64,000 nt of DNA from an uncultured virus (IMG/VR IMGVR_UViG_3300006213_000874). Its lineage: Duplodnaviria; Heunggongvirae; Uroviricota; Caudoviricetes. The notes under the pieces were generated by a model. That model searched no databases and had not been told where the DNA came from. It was given only the letters and a program-made list of their open reading frames with translations. The DNA lies in IMG/VR virus record IMGVR_UViG_3300006213_000874, one strand, 5' to 3'. Position numbers and translations under genes: made by a program. Of this stretch, positions 38,724-49,235 are shown piece after piece (the stretch's first letter is position 1; every line of letters starts with the position of its first letter).

Positions 38724-38819
38724 TTGCGCTAGGGACAGCGCAATAAAAGTTTCGCAAAACGATAGGGAAATCGGAAATCGCAAATCAAAAACATTGTGAG
38801 GGAACACATTAAAACGCAG
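38724..38819 (+). promoter_or_regulatory. Three AGGGA(A/C)-hexaloop hairpins in the scaffold leader
   Basis: ttgcgct-agggac-agcgcaa, cgat-agggaa-atcg, tgtg-agggaa-caca. Confidence 0.65.
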
Positions 38820-38834
38820 AAAGAGGTAAGAAGA

Positions 38835-39488
38835 ATGAGTAAAGAAAGCAGAAAAATCCCAATGAATCTACAGTTTTTTGCAGAGCCGGGAGAGCCGGAC
38901 GGACAGCAGACACCGACAGCAGAAGACGGAAAAGAGCCGGACGGACAGCAGACACCGACAGCAGAAGACGGAAAAGAGCCTACTGTTCAGGAGCTTATGG
39001 TAGAACTCGCCAAGTTGAAAAAGGCGCAGGAGCGCGCTGCAAGCGAAGCGGCAGAGTACAAGAAAAAGTACAACGCAAAGCTGTCTGAGAAAGAAAGAGT
39101 AGACGCAGAAAAGGCAGAGCGGGAAGCAGAAAGAGAAGAACAATTCCAGCAGCTTTTGAGGGAAAACAAAATCAACAAACTGGAAAAGTATTACCTTGGA
39201 GAACTTAAATACACGCCGGACGAAGCAAGCCAGATGGCGATCGCAGAGGTTGATGACGATTTTGACGCAAAACTGAAAATTCAGCTTGCTGTAGACAAGA
39301 GGAAAAAGAAGGAGTATGAAGCGGAATTTATTAAATCAAGACCGCAGATGAATGCCGGAACGGGTGACGGAAAGGTTGTTACATTAGAACAGTTCACAAA
39401 GATGGGGGTAGCGGACAGGGTTAAACTCAAACGCTCCGACCCAGACGGATATGAAAGATTAAGAAAGGCAGAACAGGGAGGAAAATAA
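38835..39488 (+). CDS. Capsid scaffolding protein
   Basis: MNLQFFAE motif, coiled-coil, directly upstream of the capsid gene. Confidence 0.85.
   Translation: MSKESRKIPMNLQFFAEPGEPDGQQTPTAEDGKEPDGQQTPTAEDGKEPTVQELMVELAKLKKAQERAASEAAEYKKKYNAKLSEKERVDAEKAEREAEREEQFQQLLRENKINKLEKYYLGELKYTPDEASQMAIAEVDDDFDAKLKIQLAVDKRKKKEYEAEFIKSRPQMNAGTGDGKVVTLEQFTKMGVADRVKLKRSDPDGYERLRKAEQGGK
38891..38980 (+). repeat. Perfect 42-bp tandem duplication in the scaffold gene
   Basis: EPDGQQTPTAEDGK twice. Confidence 0.92.
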
Positions 39489-39491
39489 AAT

Positions 39492-40325
39492 ATGGCATTA
39501 CCAGCAGGAGTTACAGGAATTGCAGATTTGTTCGACCCAGAGGTGGTCGGAGACCTTATTAACAAGAAACTGATTGACGAAATTAGGTTTACGCCGCTTG
39601 CACTTGTAGATGATACGCTTGAAGGGCAGCCGGGGAGCAAGGTCAAACTTCCGTCATTTAATTATGTAGGAAGCGCAGAGAAGGTAGCAGAAGATGAAGA
39701 CCTGCCAATCAAGAAATTAACGCAGACCGAAGAAGAAGTTGAAATCATGGAGTATGGTCTTGGAATTGAGATTACAGACAGAGGGGCTGTTATGGGATTT
39801 GGAGATCCTCTCGATGAAGCCGCAAGGCAGATTACGATTGCCGTTGCGGACGGGGTAGAGAGCAGCATAATTGACGCAGCAAGCACAACAGCTTCTTTGG
39901 TCGGAACATCTACGGCAACAAAGGTTACAGACAGGATTGCAGAGGATCTGGAACTTTTCGGGGAGGAAATCGACGGAGAAAAAGTTCTTGTGGTTCCCCC
40001 AAAAGTGCATACAGCATTAAGAAAATCATCTGACTGGATTCCAAATACACAGATGGGCGCAGACATCATTGTAAAGGGAACGGTAGGGATGATTTACGGA
40101 TGCCAGATTGTTACGTCCAACAGGCTGAAAACAAAGAATGAGGGATTTATCATCAAGCCAGGTGCACTGGCTATCATTTCAAAGAGAAATACGCTTGTAG
40201 AGTTTGACAGGGATATTCTTGGAAGAAAAACCCTGATTACAGGCTCCAAAATGTTTGCCCCATATGTTTACGACAAAAGCAAGTTAATAAAGATTAGTTT
40301 TGGTGGCGGAAGTACGGGGGCATAG
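39492..40325 (+). CDS. Major capsid protein
   Basis: DPEV, TLEGQPG..P.F.Y.G.A, G..G.I.G motifs. Confidence 0.9.
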   Translation: MALPAGVTGIADLFDPEVVGDLINKKLIDEIRFTPLALVDDTLEGQPGSKVKLPSFNYVGSAEKVAEDEDLPIKKLTQTEEEVEIMEYGLGIEITDRGAVMGFGDPLDEAARQITIAVADGVESSIIDAASTTASLVGTSTATKVTDRIAEDLELFGEEIDGEKVLVVPPKVHTALRKSSDWIPNTQMGADIIVKGTVGMIYGCQIVTSNRLKTKNEGFIIKPGALAIISKRNTLVEFDRDILGRKTLITGSKMFAPYVYDKSKLIKISFGGGSTGA

Positions 40326-40336
40326 GAGGGTTCGCT

Positions 40337-40609
40337 ATGGGAATGATTTACCACAAAAAAAGAATGTGGAAAAAACTGAGTGAAAAAGAGGGTTCAGAAC
40401 CGAAAAATCAAAATATGGATTACTGGGAAACAGAACGAGAAAAAGAAGAAACAAATTACAACGAACAGATGAATTATACAAAAACAGACATCAATAAAAT
40501 GCCAACATCTCAGCTTCAAAGACTTGCAGCAGAATCGGGCATAGAGGATGCAGAGCAGAAAAACGGAGGGGAATTAAAGAAGCTGCTGATTGAAAAATTT
40601 TCTTTGTAA
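40337..40609 (+). CDS. Small protein with Rho-N-like C-terminus
   Basis: INKMPTSQLQRLAAESGI..LKKLL. Confidence 0.65.
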   Translation: MGMIYHKKRMWKKLSEKEGSEPKNQNMDYWETEREKEETNYNEQMNYTKTDINKMPTSQLQRLAAESGIEDAEQKNGGELKKLLIEKFSL

Positions 40610-40764
40610 GGCGGTGAAAATATGATTGATAAAAACGGAAATGAGAAAAAATACAGAAAAATTGATTGGGGAGAAGGGCCGAAAACAAAGACAGATATAG
40701 GAGCGAACCCAACATGCGTTATTGACTGTGAGATACAAGAGAGAGACGACGGGAGAGTGGTTCT

Positions 40765-41100
40765 GTGCTGACATTGGAAAGCGATATACTGGAAGATTTG
40801 ACGGCTGAATTATCGGAAACAGATAAGAAGTTCAAACAGTCCATCATGATTCTGAAAATCAAAAATGCAATAAGAGAAGTGAAGCGGGCAAGGAATTACC
40901 CGAAACACTATACAGAAAGCGCAATCGTGGAAGATTTGGAAAACTACTATTCCAACATCCGAAGCATTGCGCTTTTTGATTACAACATGATAGGTGCAGA
41001 GGGGCAGTCGTCGTCATCCGAAAATGGAACATCGAGGAATTTCATAGACCGGGATAAGCTGTTTAGCGGCATTATCCCGTTGTCGAGAACAGGGAGGTAA
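40765..41100 (+). CDS. Head-tail connector (gp15/gp6-like)
   Basis: GAEGQSSSSENGTSR motif. Confidence 0.8.
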   Translation: MLTLESDILEDLTAELSETDKKFKQSIMILKIKNAIREVKRARNYPKHYTESAIVEDLENYYSNIRSIALFDYNMIGAEGQSSSSENGTSRNFIDRDKLFSGIIPLSRTGR

Positions 41101-41103
41101 AAT

Positions 41104-41958
41104 TTGAAGTATATTAATTATGACGTAAAAAGCATGGCAATCAGTCCATCGCAAGGAGAAAAGGCAAAGCTTATCAGCGGCGCAGTTAACTACTTTGGTG
41201 TGTATTTCAATTTTGACGATGAGTTTGCTGCAATCCCTGGGGGAAAGGCAGTTGAGTTTTACAAAAACAAGCAGACAAGACGGGTTGACCTTGTAGAAAA
41301 CCAGTGTGCCATTCCAAATGAACTGCTGACTGATAACAAAAATTTTGAAATGCGAGTTATCAGCGGCAATACAATCGGCACAACGTGGGCAAGCGTGGCG
41401 ATTACAGAAAGCGGAGTCATCATGCCAGAGGAACCGGAAGAAGAAGCGCCGTCCGGCATGGAATATGTCAAGACCGTAAGTGGCGACGAAGCGGTTCCTT
41501 ATTTAAGAGAGGCTTCCAACGGTCTGGAATACTCAAAAGACGGAGTAGATTGGAATAGCGGACTGGACGGCGTTCCAGAAGTTCCGGCGACTCCAAAGGG
41601 GGCAATATTCGGAAGGGCAAATAAGGACTGGGTGCGCATCGACAAGATGATTGATGAACTAAAAGAACAGGTTTCCAATCTGACAGGCTCAAACGCAATC
41701 GTCGAGGTAAAAGTTGATGGGGTGGCACTTACTCCGGTTGACGGTTCGGTTGACATTGATTTGTCTGCATACGCAAAGACGGCAGACGTTACAAGCGAAT
41801 ACGCCACAAAGACGGAGGTTGCAGATTTACAGACCCTAACCGGAGCGGCAACCGGGCTGACAGACCTTGATTATTCCGAAACGGACACGACAAATATCGT
41901 GACAAAAATCAATGAGATTGCTGCGTTGCTACGGGCAAGAGGCATAGCGACAGAATAA
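41104..41958 (+). CDS. Virion fibre/collar-like protein (BppU-like N-terminus)
   Basis: YFNFDDE..CAIPNELL; C-terminal KINEIAALLRARG. Confidence 0.55.
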   Translation: MKYINYDVKSMAISPSQGEKAKLISGAVNYFGVYFNFDDEFAAIPGGKAVEFYKNKQTRRVDLVENQCAIPNELLTDNKNFEMRVISGNTIGTTWASVAITESGVIMPEEPEEEAPSGMEYVKTVSGDEAVPYLREASNGLEYSKDGVDWNSGLDGVPEVPATPKGAIFGRANKDWVRIDKMIDELKEQVSNLTGSNAIVEVKVDGVALTPVDGSVDIDLSAYAKTADVTSEYATKTEVADLQTLTGAATGLTDLDYSETDTTNIVTKINEIAALLRARGIATE

Positions 41959-42080
41959 AATAGAAATAGTCAGCCGATTGTGCGTACCGTCACGTTGCGA
42001 AGCGGCGGGGCGTTGCAGGGCATCCGTCATCAGGCGGTGGAGGGCAGACGGATAAAAGAAACGGAAGGGATTGATAAGTT

Positions 42081-42407
42081 ATGACATTACCAATCGTTAT
42101 CAGCCTTATTGGCTTGTGCGTAAGCGCTTTGTCGGTGGGTGCTGCTATTTATTTCAGCTCAAAAAACAGCCGGCACACAGACATAAAAGACATCGAGCGC
42201 CAGGTTGCGGAACGTACAGAAGTAAACTTGAAGCTCGATACTATAAATCAGAACACACAGGAAATCCGGTATGACGTATCAGCGGTGAAAAAGGACGTGC
42301 AGAAACACACAGAAAAAATAATCGAACTGGAACAGTCCGCGCGTTCGGCGCACCACCGACTGGACGGACTTGAAGACCGTCTAAATGCAAGGGAGGTGCA
42401 GGAATGA
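42081..42407 (+). CDS. Holin-associated TM plus coiled-coil protein
   Basis: N-terminal TM; EQSARSAHHRLD. Confidence 0.7.
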   Translation: MTLPIVISLIGLCVSALSVGAAIYFSSKNSRHTDIKDIERQVAERTEVNLKLDTINQNTQEIRYDVSAVKKDVQKHTEKIIELEQSARSAHHRLDGLEDRLNAREVQE

Positions 42408-42610
42408 TGGATGATAGATTTGTCAGATGGATAAAAGCGGCGGGAATCAGGGCCGGAAAAACAGCATCACAGGTAGCCTTGTCTATGATTACGGTAGGTC
42501 AAGCGGTTATGGACGTGAACTGGGTAAATGTATTGTCGGTATCTGCGGTTGCGGCGGTTATTTCTATTCTGACAAGTGTTGCAGGACTGCCAGAGGTTAA
42601 GGAGGAATAG
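42404..42610 (+). CDS. Holin (r1t type)
   Basis: AAGIRAGKT..VNW..SVAGLPEV. Confidence 0.88.
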   Translation: MMDDRFVRWIKAAGIRAGKTASQVALSMITVGQAVMDVNWVNVLSVSAVAAVISILTSVAGLPEVKEE

Positions 42611-42612
42611 CT

Positions 42613-42987
42613 TTGTCAAAAGAAACTCAATTTGATTTTGCTTCATGGGAGCCACCAAGAGACTATTTGTACATAGAAGAAAAACAATCCCCAAAAGGAC
42701 TTAGAGATATAATTGTTGAGGAAGTTGATATCTTAAAAACAACAGAGAAGCTTAGTGAAAGAGTTAGAAAAGAAGCAATTAAAGGAATGACCGAAGAACA
42801 AATTTTATCTTACGACCTTGGGGCAAATAATACATTGAACTGCTTAAAATCATTAATTTTCAATGAAGCAAGAAAAGAAGAAAACCTCTTAATTTATCAG
42901 AAGAACGGAAAGAGCCGGAACGTTCGCAGATACAGAAAACTTTCTGATGTTCTGAAAGAAGCGGACAACGAGGCGGTGGTCGATTGA
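42613..42987 (+). CDS. Hypothetical protein
   Basis: GGAGG RBS, TTG start. Confidence 0.55.
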   Translation: MSKETQFDFASWEPPRDYLYIEEKQSPKGLRDIIVEEVDILKTTEKLSERVRKEAIKGMTEEQILSYDLGANNTLNCLKSLIFNEARKEENLLIYQKNGKSRNVRRYRKLSDVLKEADNEAVVD

Positions 42988-43457
42988 GAACCCTCCTAAA
43001 AAACAAGCAATCCATGAAATACGCCCTCCAAATCGGAGAAGTGCCAATCTACAACCGTGATGAAAACGGCGAAATCATATACGAGTACTACGAGGACAGC
43101 GACGGGAATATCATCTATTACCTTGATGAAAACGGAAATAAAATACCGTCTGAAACAGGGGAATATGAGATAGGCTATAGCGAGCCTGTCTATTTTTTAT
43201 CCAGTTTAGCAATGAGCGGTGGAGAGGCAGAGGCGCAGGAATTTGGATTGTCAACCTCTGACTATAACGCCACTCTGCTATGTCAAAAAGGTGATTATCC
43301 AATCGTTGAGGGTAGCCTTATTTGGACGAAAAGCGAGGTAGGGTACAAAGATACCAACAATGAGATTATCGACCCTATATCGGCAGATTATGAGGTCATA
43401 AAGGTATCTGAAAGCCTTAATTTTGTGAAGTATGTGTTAAAGGCAGTAGTAAAATAA
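42984..43457 (+). CDS. Head closure / head-tail adaptor
   Basis: Position; GYSEPV, FG, ADYEVIKV. Confidence 0.72.
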   Translation: MRTLLKNKQSMKYALQIGEVPIYNRDENGEIIYEYYEDSDGNIIYYLDENGNKIPSETGEYEIGYSEPVYFLSSLAMSGGEAEAQEFGLSTSDYNATLLCQKGDYPIVEGSLIWTKSEVGYKDTNNEIIDPISADYEVIKVSESLNFVKYVLKAVVK

Positions 43458-43486
43458 ATTAGACAGATAGAAAGGAAGATAGAAAG

Positions 43487-44840
43487 ATGATTTTACAGTA
43501 TGAAATGAACGGAAAAGAAATATATAGAGAGGCGGAGCAAATTGCTTTTTCAGAGATTGTCGCAGTTGGGAAACAATTTGATGACGTATATTCTGTACTT
43601 GACTTTGCAAAAGAACAGATAAAATACACGCCAGACACCATAGAAATTTGTTCTCCGTCTTTGGATGATAAAGATAGGATAAAAGAAATGAAAACCGTAA
43701 AAATGGTTGTATTGAGCAATGGACCTAAAAAGAAAGATAATGAAACTCTTTTGTTTGACGAGCAGTCAGAATCCTATTTGCTTAACAACAATGGAAAAAC
43801 ACTGAAAAAGTTTTAAGGCGGTAGCGCATGGAAAAGAAAACAGTAAATATTCTTGGAGCAGAATATACGATTGAAACAGATGAAGAAATCCTAAAAGATG
43901 GCGCAGACGGCATCTGCCATCCATACTCCAATCGGATAAGGATAAGACCAAAAGAGAATATGCTTGGTGACGGAGATACAAAAGAAGAAAAAGACCGGTG
44001 TTATAAGGAAACGCTTTCTCACGAATGTATTCATGCGTATTTTAGGGAAAGTGGACTGTACAGCTACATGAAAGACGAGGTTCTCGTAGATTGGATTGCA
44101 ACGCAATTTCCGAAAATGGCTAAGACTTTTTGGGAATTGGATATTTTGTAGGAGGATATATGGAAACCATTAAACACATTACGGCAGAAGTCGGGGAAGA
44201 ATGCAAGGTAGATGTTGAAATGCTTCATGAAACGCTTACAAAACTTCCAGCTAAAATGTACTTTGAACTGTACAGAAAGATGTATGAAAAAATATATGGG
44301 CTGCCGCCGTTTATGGGATTTAACGGGGGATGCTGCGGGATGATTGGAGAAATACAAGAGGATAATGCAAAGCATTATAAAGAACAGCCGAAAATATCGA
44401 AATCATATGCGGTTGGATGAGAGGATAAGGATATGAGTCCAGAAGAATTTTATGAAAAAATGTTACAATTAAAAAATGATTTTGGAGATAACGAAGAAAT
44501 GGTTCATATAAAAATGGACGACCTTTTATGCAAAGTGTTATCAGCACTTGGATATAGCGACGGGGTTGAGGTTTTTAACGAAACGGGAAAGTGGTTTTCG
44601 TAATAGAGATATTGCGCGCTTTATAGGAGGAACGGCATGGAAGTTAAAAAATTCAATAAAATTGAAATCGTGTCAAATGGGGAGGGGACAAATGTGTTTA
44701 TTGACGGAGAAAAAGTTGACTTGGAAGACGTAACAGAGCTTACACTTGGAATTGCAAAAGACACAGACGGGAAATTTTCGCACATTGAACTTTTGGCAAA
44801 GAGAAGACTGTGTTTTTTAATCACGAAAAAAAGAAAATAA
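43487..44840 (+). other. Accessory ORFs inside the connector module (43487-43816, HExxH 43828-44151, 44160-44420, 44637-44840)
   Basis: RBS-preceded ORFs; SHECIH in 43828. Confidence 0.65.
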
Positions 44841-44843
44841 CAA

Positions 44844-45347
44844 ATGGCAAAGAAAATACTTAAAGCCAATCTATCGGTTTCATCAATCCGCCAGCTACAA
44901 CAAGACCTCGAGAAATACAAAACAGACATAGAGCGAAAATGCAATCTGTTTGCGGAACGCCTGGCGCAAGAGGGTGTAAGCATAGCAAAAATGAATATCG
45001 GAGTATATGACGCAATATACACCGGAGAGCTTCTTGCGAGCATTAATTATGAACAGGGCGGGGTCATACAGCATGGTTCCAAGTGGGTTGTATACACAAA
45101 CTGCCCGTGGGCCCTATTTGTAGAATTTGGAACTGGAATTGTAGGTGAACAAAATCAGCACCCAGTCACATCAATTATCGGATGGAAATACGACGTAAAC
45201 GACCACGGCGAAAAGGGATGGTTTTATTTTAGGGACGGAGAATGGCACTGGACAAAAGGAATGCCAAGTCGTCCGTTTTTTTATGAAACCGGAATGGAAC
45301 TGAGACAAAATATCGTGCGGATTGCAAGGGAGGTTTTCGGGACGTGA
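44844..45347 (+). CDS. HK97 gp10-like tail component
   Basis: FVEFGTG..GMPSRPF. Confidence 0.85.
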   Translation: MAKKILKANLSVSSIRQLQQDLEKYKTDIERKCNLFAERLAQEGVSIAKMNIGVYDAIYTGELLASINYEQGGVIQHGSKWVVYTNCPWALFVEFGTGIVGEQNQHPVTSIIGWKYDVNDHGEKGWFYFRDGEWHWTKGMPSRPFFYETGMELRQNIVRIAREVFGT

Positions 45348-45404
45348 GGGGTAAGGAATCTCTTTTTTTAGTTTAAAAAATAAATCATCAGGAGGTATGA
45401 ATTT

Positions 45405-46085
45405 ATGTTAGTAGAAATCATTGGAAAAAGAAACGAAGAAAGGCTTATCACTACAAGTCTTAAAATTGCTGAAAAGTTCGGCAAGGAACACGCCCATGTC
45501 CTCAGAGATATTCGGGATATGGAATGTAGCGATGCGTTTAGAGAATCCAATTTTGGATTGTCCTCTTATAAGTCCACACAAGGAAAAGCATTGCCAATGT
45601 ACGAAGTGACAAGGGATGGGTTCACCTTGTTGGCTATGGGATATACCGGAAAAGAAGCAATGAAGTTCAAAGAGGACTACATCAACGCGTTTAACGCAAT
45701 GGAAAATGAATTAAAACGCATTTACACCGAGCGTCAACAATGGAAGATAGAGCGTGACAAAGGCGTTGTTATTCGTCACATCCTCACAGACACAATCAAG
45801 ATGAAGATTGCAGACAGCCCACACAAGCGGTTTGCATATCCAAATTATACAAATCTGATTTACCGAACTTTGTTTGGAAAAACCGCAAAAGAACTTGAAC
45901 AGGAATGTGGCGTAAAGGCAAGAGAAAATTTAAGGGATTATTTTACCGGAAATGCCTTGGAACAGGTACAGAGCATGGAAATGCTGGTTTCAAGCCTTAT
46001 CGGGTGTGGTTGGGGATATGAAAAAATAAAAGAATTTGTATCTGAAAACTGCAAATATAAGATTGAGGAGGAAATACATGATTAA
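45405..46085 (+). CDS. Rha family antirepressor/regulator
   Basis: TTSLKIAEKFGKEH..VLRDI..TRDGFTLLAMGYTG..FK..YI..FN. Confidence 0.92.
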   Translation: MLVEIIGKRNEERLITTSLKIAEKFGKEHAHVLRDIRDMECSDAFRESNFGLSSYKSTQGKALPMYEVTRDGFTLLAMGYTGKEAMKFKEDYINAFNAMENELKRIYTERQQWKIERDKGVVIRHILTDTIKMKIADSPHKRFAYPNYTNLIYRTLFGKTAKELEQECGVKARENLRDYFTGNALEQVQSMEMLVSSLIGCGWGYEKIKEFVSENCKYKIEEEIHD

Positions 46086-46247
46086 AACAAAAACCAGAGA
46101 AATCACAAAAGAATATGACCCAATCAGCGGAAATGTTCTGCGGAAAATTAAAACCAAGTCTGTAACGACGGACGATACAAACTATGTGAGCAAAGAAAAT
46201 GACTATGATTCAGAAGAGCTTCCGTTTCGGGATGTGAGGTGGTAAAT

Positions 46248-46514
46248 ATGTCAGTAGCAAGAATTATTACAACGACAGAAAAGTTTGGCGAGATGGGAAA
46301 GCTAGTTGAGAGGATTGAAACGGAGGAATTTCCGGAAGAATGCGGATGCAGATGCGGAAAACAGGAAGAAAACAAATCTAAAAGCGAAGAAATCAATCAA
46401 GAATTGATAGACTCGGGGTTCCAGGTGTTTAAAAGCACCAAATTAATGTGCGAGATTTTAGAAGAAATAGGGCGAATGAAATCTTTTGGGGTTCCATGCC
46501 CGTTTTTCTGGTAA
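46248..46514 (+). CDS. Hypothetical protein
   Basis: GAGGTGG RBS. Confidence 0.5.
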   Translation: MSVARIITTTEKFGEMGKLVERIETEEFPEECGCRCGKQEENKSKSEEINQELIDSGFQVFKSTKLMCEILEEIGRMKSFGVPCPFFW

Positions 46515-46529
46515 CTGGCGGCGATATAA

Positions 46530-46925
46530 ATGCTCGACAGCATAGAAAGCCAGATTTTTTCGCTCATAAAAGCAAAATTTCCAGAACGGGTAAAAAAGAA
46601 ATACCCAGACCTAGATTTTACTACAATCGACAAATCATCCACAAAGCCAAAATTCCCGACCGTCTACATACATCTTATGGAACCGACAGAGGCAGGAGAA
46701 ACGCTTGAAGGCTCATCTTTGAATGCTGTAAACGCATCGTTTCAGATTGATGTAAGCGACAACCAGAGCCAGGCAAGGGCGGATGAAGTGGCAAAAGAGA
46801 TATTAAAAATCATGAAATCCATGCGGTTTTCGGCAAAACCATTACCATTCCATAACAACGTCGGGGATGTGTACCGGACAACCGCAAGATACCGGAGACT
46901 TATCGGAGCCAGGGACATTATATAG
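46530..46925 (+). CDS. Tail terminator/completion protein
   Basis: Position before the major tail gene; FPTVY, FQIDV, ARY. Confidence 0.78.
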   Translation: MLDSIESQIFSLIKAKFPERVKKKYPDLDFTTIDKSSTKPKFPTVYIHLMEPTEAGETLEGSSLNAVNASFQIDVSDNQSQARADEVAKEILKIMKSMRFSAKPLPFHNNVGDVYRTTARYRRLIGARDII

Positions 46926-46987
46926 AAAGTTAACCAGAGAGCAGCAATGCTCTTATTTTTATGCAAATTTTTAAGGAGGGATGACCT

Positions 46988-47464
46988 ATGGCAGCTCAAG
47001 CACTAAGCACTATAGGAGTGATTTTCGGATGGGGACTTGGTACGATGACAACCCCGCCGACAGAATTTAAACAAATAGAGGAATGCATAAGCATCGGTGG
47101 CGTAGAAGTTACACAGGACAAACTCGACGCAACCCCGCTGGAATCGAAAAGAAAAAAATATGTCGCTGGGCACGAGGACACAGGAGGCGAACTTCAGACC
47201 GTTTTCAATAATACGGACACATTTGACGACCAGTGGGACGAAATGAAAGACGCATACAACAACAGGACAGCAGGGCAGTCCATGTGGTTTTGCGCATACC
47301 ATCCGGGAAAAGAAAAAATGGCTCCGTACATAGTCGAGCCGGGATCCAGACCCAGGTCTGAATACGCAGTTGGAAACGTGTTGCAGTACACGATCACAAA
47401 CACACTGGTTGATTTGCCAGAAGAAATCCCGGCGGTCAGACCAACAGCACCAACAACTACTTAA
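46988..47464 (+). CDS. Major tail protein
   Basis: LDATPLE..YVAG.EDTGG. Confidence 0.85.
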   Translation: MAAQALSTIGVIFGWGLGTMTTPPTEFKQIEECISIGGVEVTQDKLDATPLESKRKKYVAGHEDTGGELQTVFNNTDTFDDQWDEMKDAYNNRTAGQSMWFCAYHPGKEKMAPYIVEPGSRPRSEYAVGNVLQYTITNTLVDLPEEIPAVRPTAPTTT

Positions 47465-47486
47465 CAACAGAAAGGACTCACATATT

Positions 47487-47972
47487 ATGCTGAAATTAAA
47501 TGTAAAAGGAACGGAATATAATCTGAAATTCGGGTATCGGTCATTTAGGCGCGCCGGGGTTCTGAAAGAAGCGGTTGCAATGCAAAGAAGGATGCAAGAA
47601 CTCGGAAAGAAAAAGAAAAAGCCGGAAGAAGAAACTGCGGAAGAAATGGAAATGCTTGAAGAAATGGAAATGCTTGAAGAAATGTTTAATTTAAATTCAA
47701 AACTTGTTCTTGCCGCGCTGCAAAAATACCACAAAGAATTTAGGGCTGACTACAAGAACCCGGAATCTGTAAGAGAGTGCGAAGAAAAGGTGGATGACCT
47801 TCTGGATGAATACATGGACGAAGAAGGAGCGATGGACGTAGGAACAATGTTTGCAGCTCTTTTGCAGGAACTGTTTTCACAAGGTTTTTTACCGAGGAAC
47901 GGGGAGAACCCGGAGGCGAAAGAGACGAACGAACCAGATGCTGCGACGGAGACGGAGAAAACCGAGAACTAA
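47487..47972 (+). CDS. Tail assembly chaperone (gpG)
   Basis: Follows the major tail gene; GFL slippery site. Confidence 0.85.
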   Translation: MLKLNVKGTEYNLKFGYRSFRRAGVLKEAVAMQRRMQELGKKKKKPEEETAEEMEMLEEMEMLEEMFNLNSKLVLAALQKYHKEFRADYKNPESVRECEEKVDDLLDEYMDEEGAMDVGTMFAALLQELFSQGFLPRNGENPEAKETNEPDAATETEKTEN

Positions 47973-48382
47973 CGTGGGAACTTTACTGTGAGGAAATACG
48001 CCCATACTGGCTCATGGTCACAAAAGGGTACGGATTTACAGTTGACGACATAGACTGGTCATGCCCGACAGACCTTGAGCCGTATGCAAAGGCGCATAAT
48101 CTTGAGCTGATGGAACGCGACGCGCAGATGCACAGCATGGGGAAATACACAGAAATAGCATTCAGCGTAGTCATGGCGCATTTTGGCGCAGGTCTTGCCG
48201 GAAAAGATTCTCACGCGGAATATATCGAAAAGCCGTTCATGCAGATGGATGACCCGAACAGGGAACTTACAGAAGAAGAAATTCAGATTGAAGTCGACCG
48301 GTTCTTTGAGGATGAGCGAAGACGGCGCGAAGAATGGAAAAGAAAGAAAAGACGCGCAGAAATGCGGAATGCGGAACGGTAG
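47885..48382 (+). CDS. -1 frameshift extension of the chaperone (gpGT)
   Basis: T TTT TTA at 47885-47891; the -1 frame is open through ELTWELYCEEIRPYW to 48382. Confidence 0.82.
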   Translation, partial: FFTEERGEPGGERDERTRCCDGDGENRELTWELYCEEIRPYWLMVTKGYGFTVDDIDWSCPTDLEPYAKAHNLELMERDAQMHSMGKYTEIAFSVVMAHFGAGLAGKDSHAEYIEKPFMQMDDPNRELTEEEIQIEVDRFFEDERRRREEWKRKKRRAEMRNAER

Positions 48383-48541
48383 TGCGTCAAGATCTATTGT
48401 TCTTTCAAAATACAGAATCGACGATGTGTCTTTAATAGACGACACTCAATTTATAATAGAAAAAGCAAACTTTATGCATTCTATAAAATTTATTGTAAAT
48501 AAATTTTGCGAAAAAGCAAATCATCATGGAGGAATGATTTT

Positions 48542-49235
48542 ATGAATGAAATGATTGAGGAAGCAAAAAAGACACCGATTGAGATTGCATTACAGATTGA
48601 TGACGAGGGATATACCACATCAAGAAAACTTTATTTCTGGCTATATGAAAACGGCAGCCACTATGCAAAATGGCTTAAAGAAAATGTAACAGAAAATCCG
48701 TTTGCAGAGGAAAATGAGGTTTTCGCCAATCTTGCGAAAACCTCAAAAACAGGGAGGCAGACCGACAGAGGACTACAAAATAACTGATTCACTTGCCAAA
48801 AGAATTTCTATGGCTACCAAGTCAGGACGCGGAGAAGAAGCAAGGAACTATTTCATAGGTTGCGAACAGGCACTTGCCAAAGTTTCAGAACAAATTCATA
48901 AAACAGAGATAGAAAGAGCAAAGGGAATAGCGGTGCGCCAGGCGCTAACAAAAGCAATTCAGCAATCGGGAGAAAATGAACGTATGCACGGACGTGCCTA
49001 TTCCAATTACACAGACCACATCGTATACAAACAGGTTTTCGGGATGAAAGCAAAGGAACTGCGGGAGAAATACGGGATAGGAAATAAAGATAATTTGAGA
49101 GACTGCTTTACAGACGAGGAATTAAAGAGTGTTCAAAACGCAGAAATGCTCATTTCAAGCCTCATGGAATACGGATGGGGATTTAACGAAATAAAAGATT
49201 TTGTGCTGAACAAGGTAAACAGAATGATTGAATAG
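48542..49235 (+). pseudogene. AntA-like antirepressor split by a +1 frameshift
   Basis: TPIEIAL..RKLY in one frame, GGRPTEDY onward in the next; A5 run at ~48745. Confidence 0.8.

Noticed and set aside
47640..47684. 18-bp tandem repeat in the tail chaperone as a functional element
   Set aside because: In-frame EEMEML duplication; simple slippage is sufficient.
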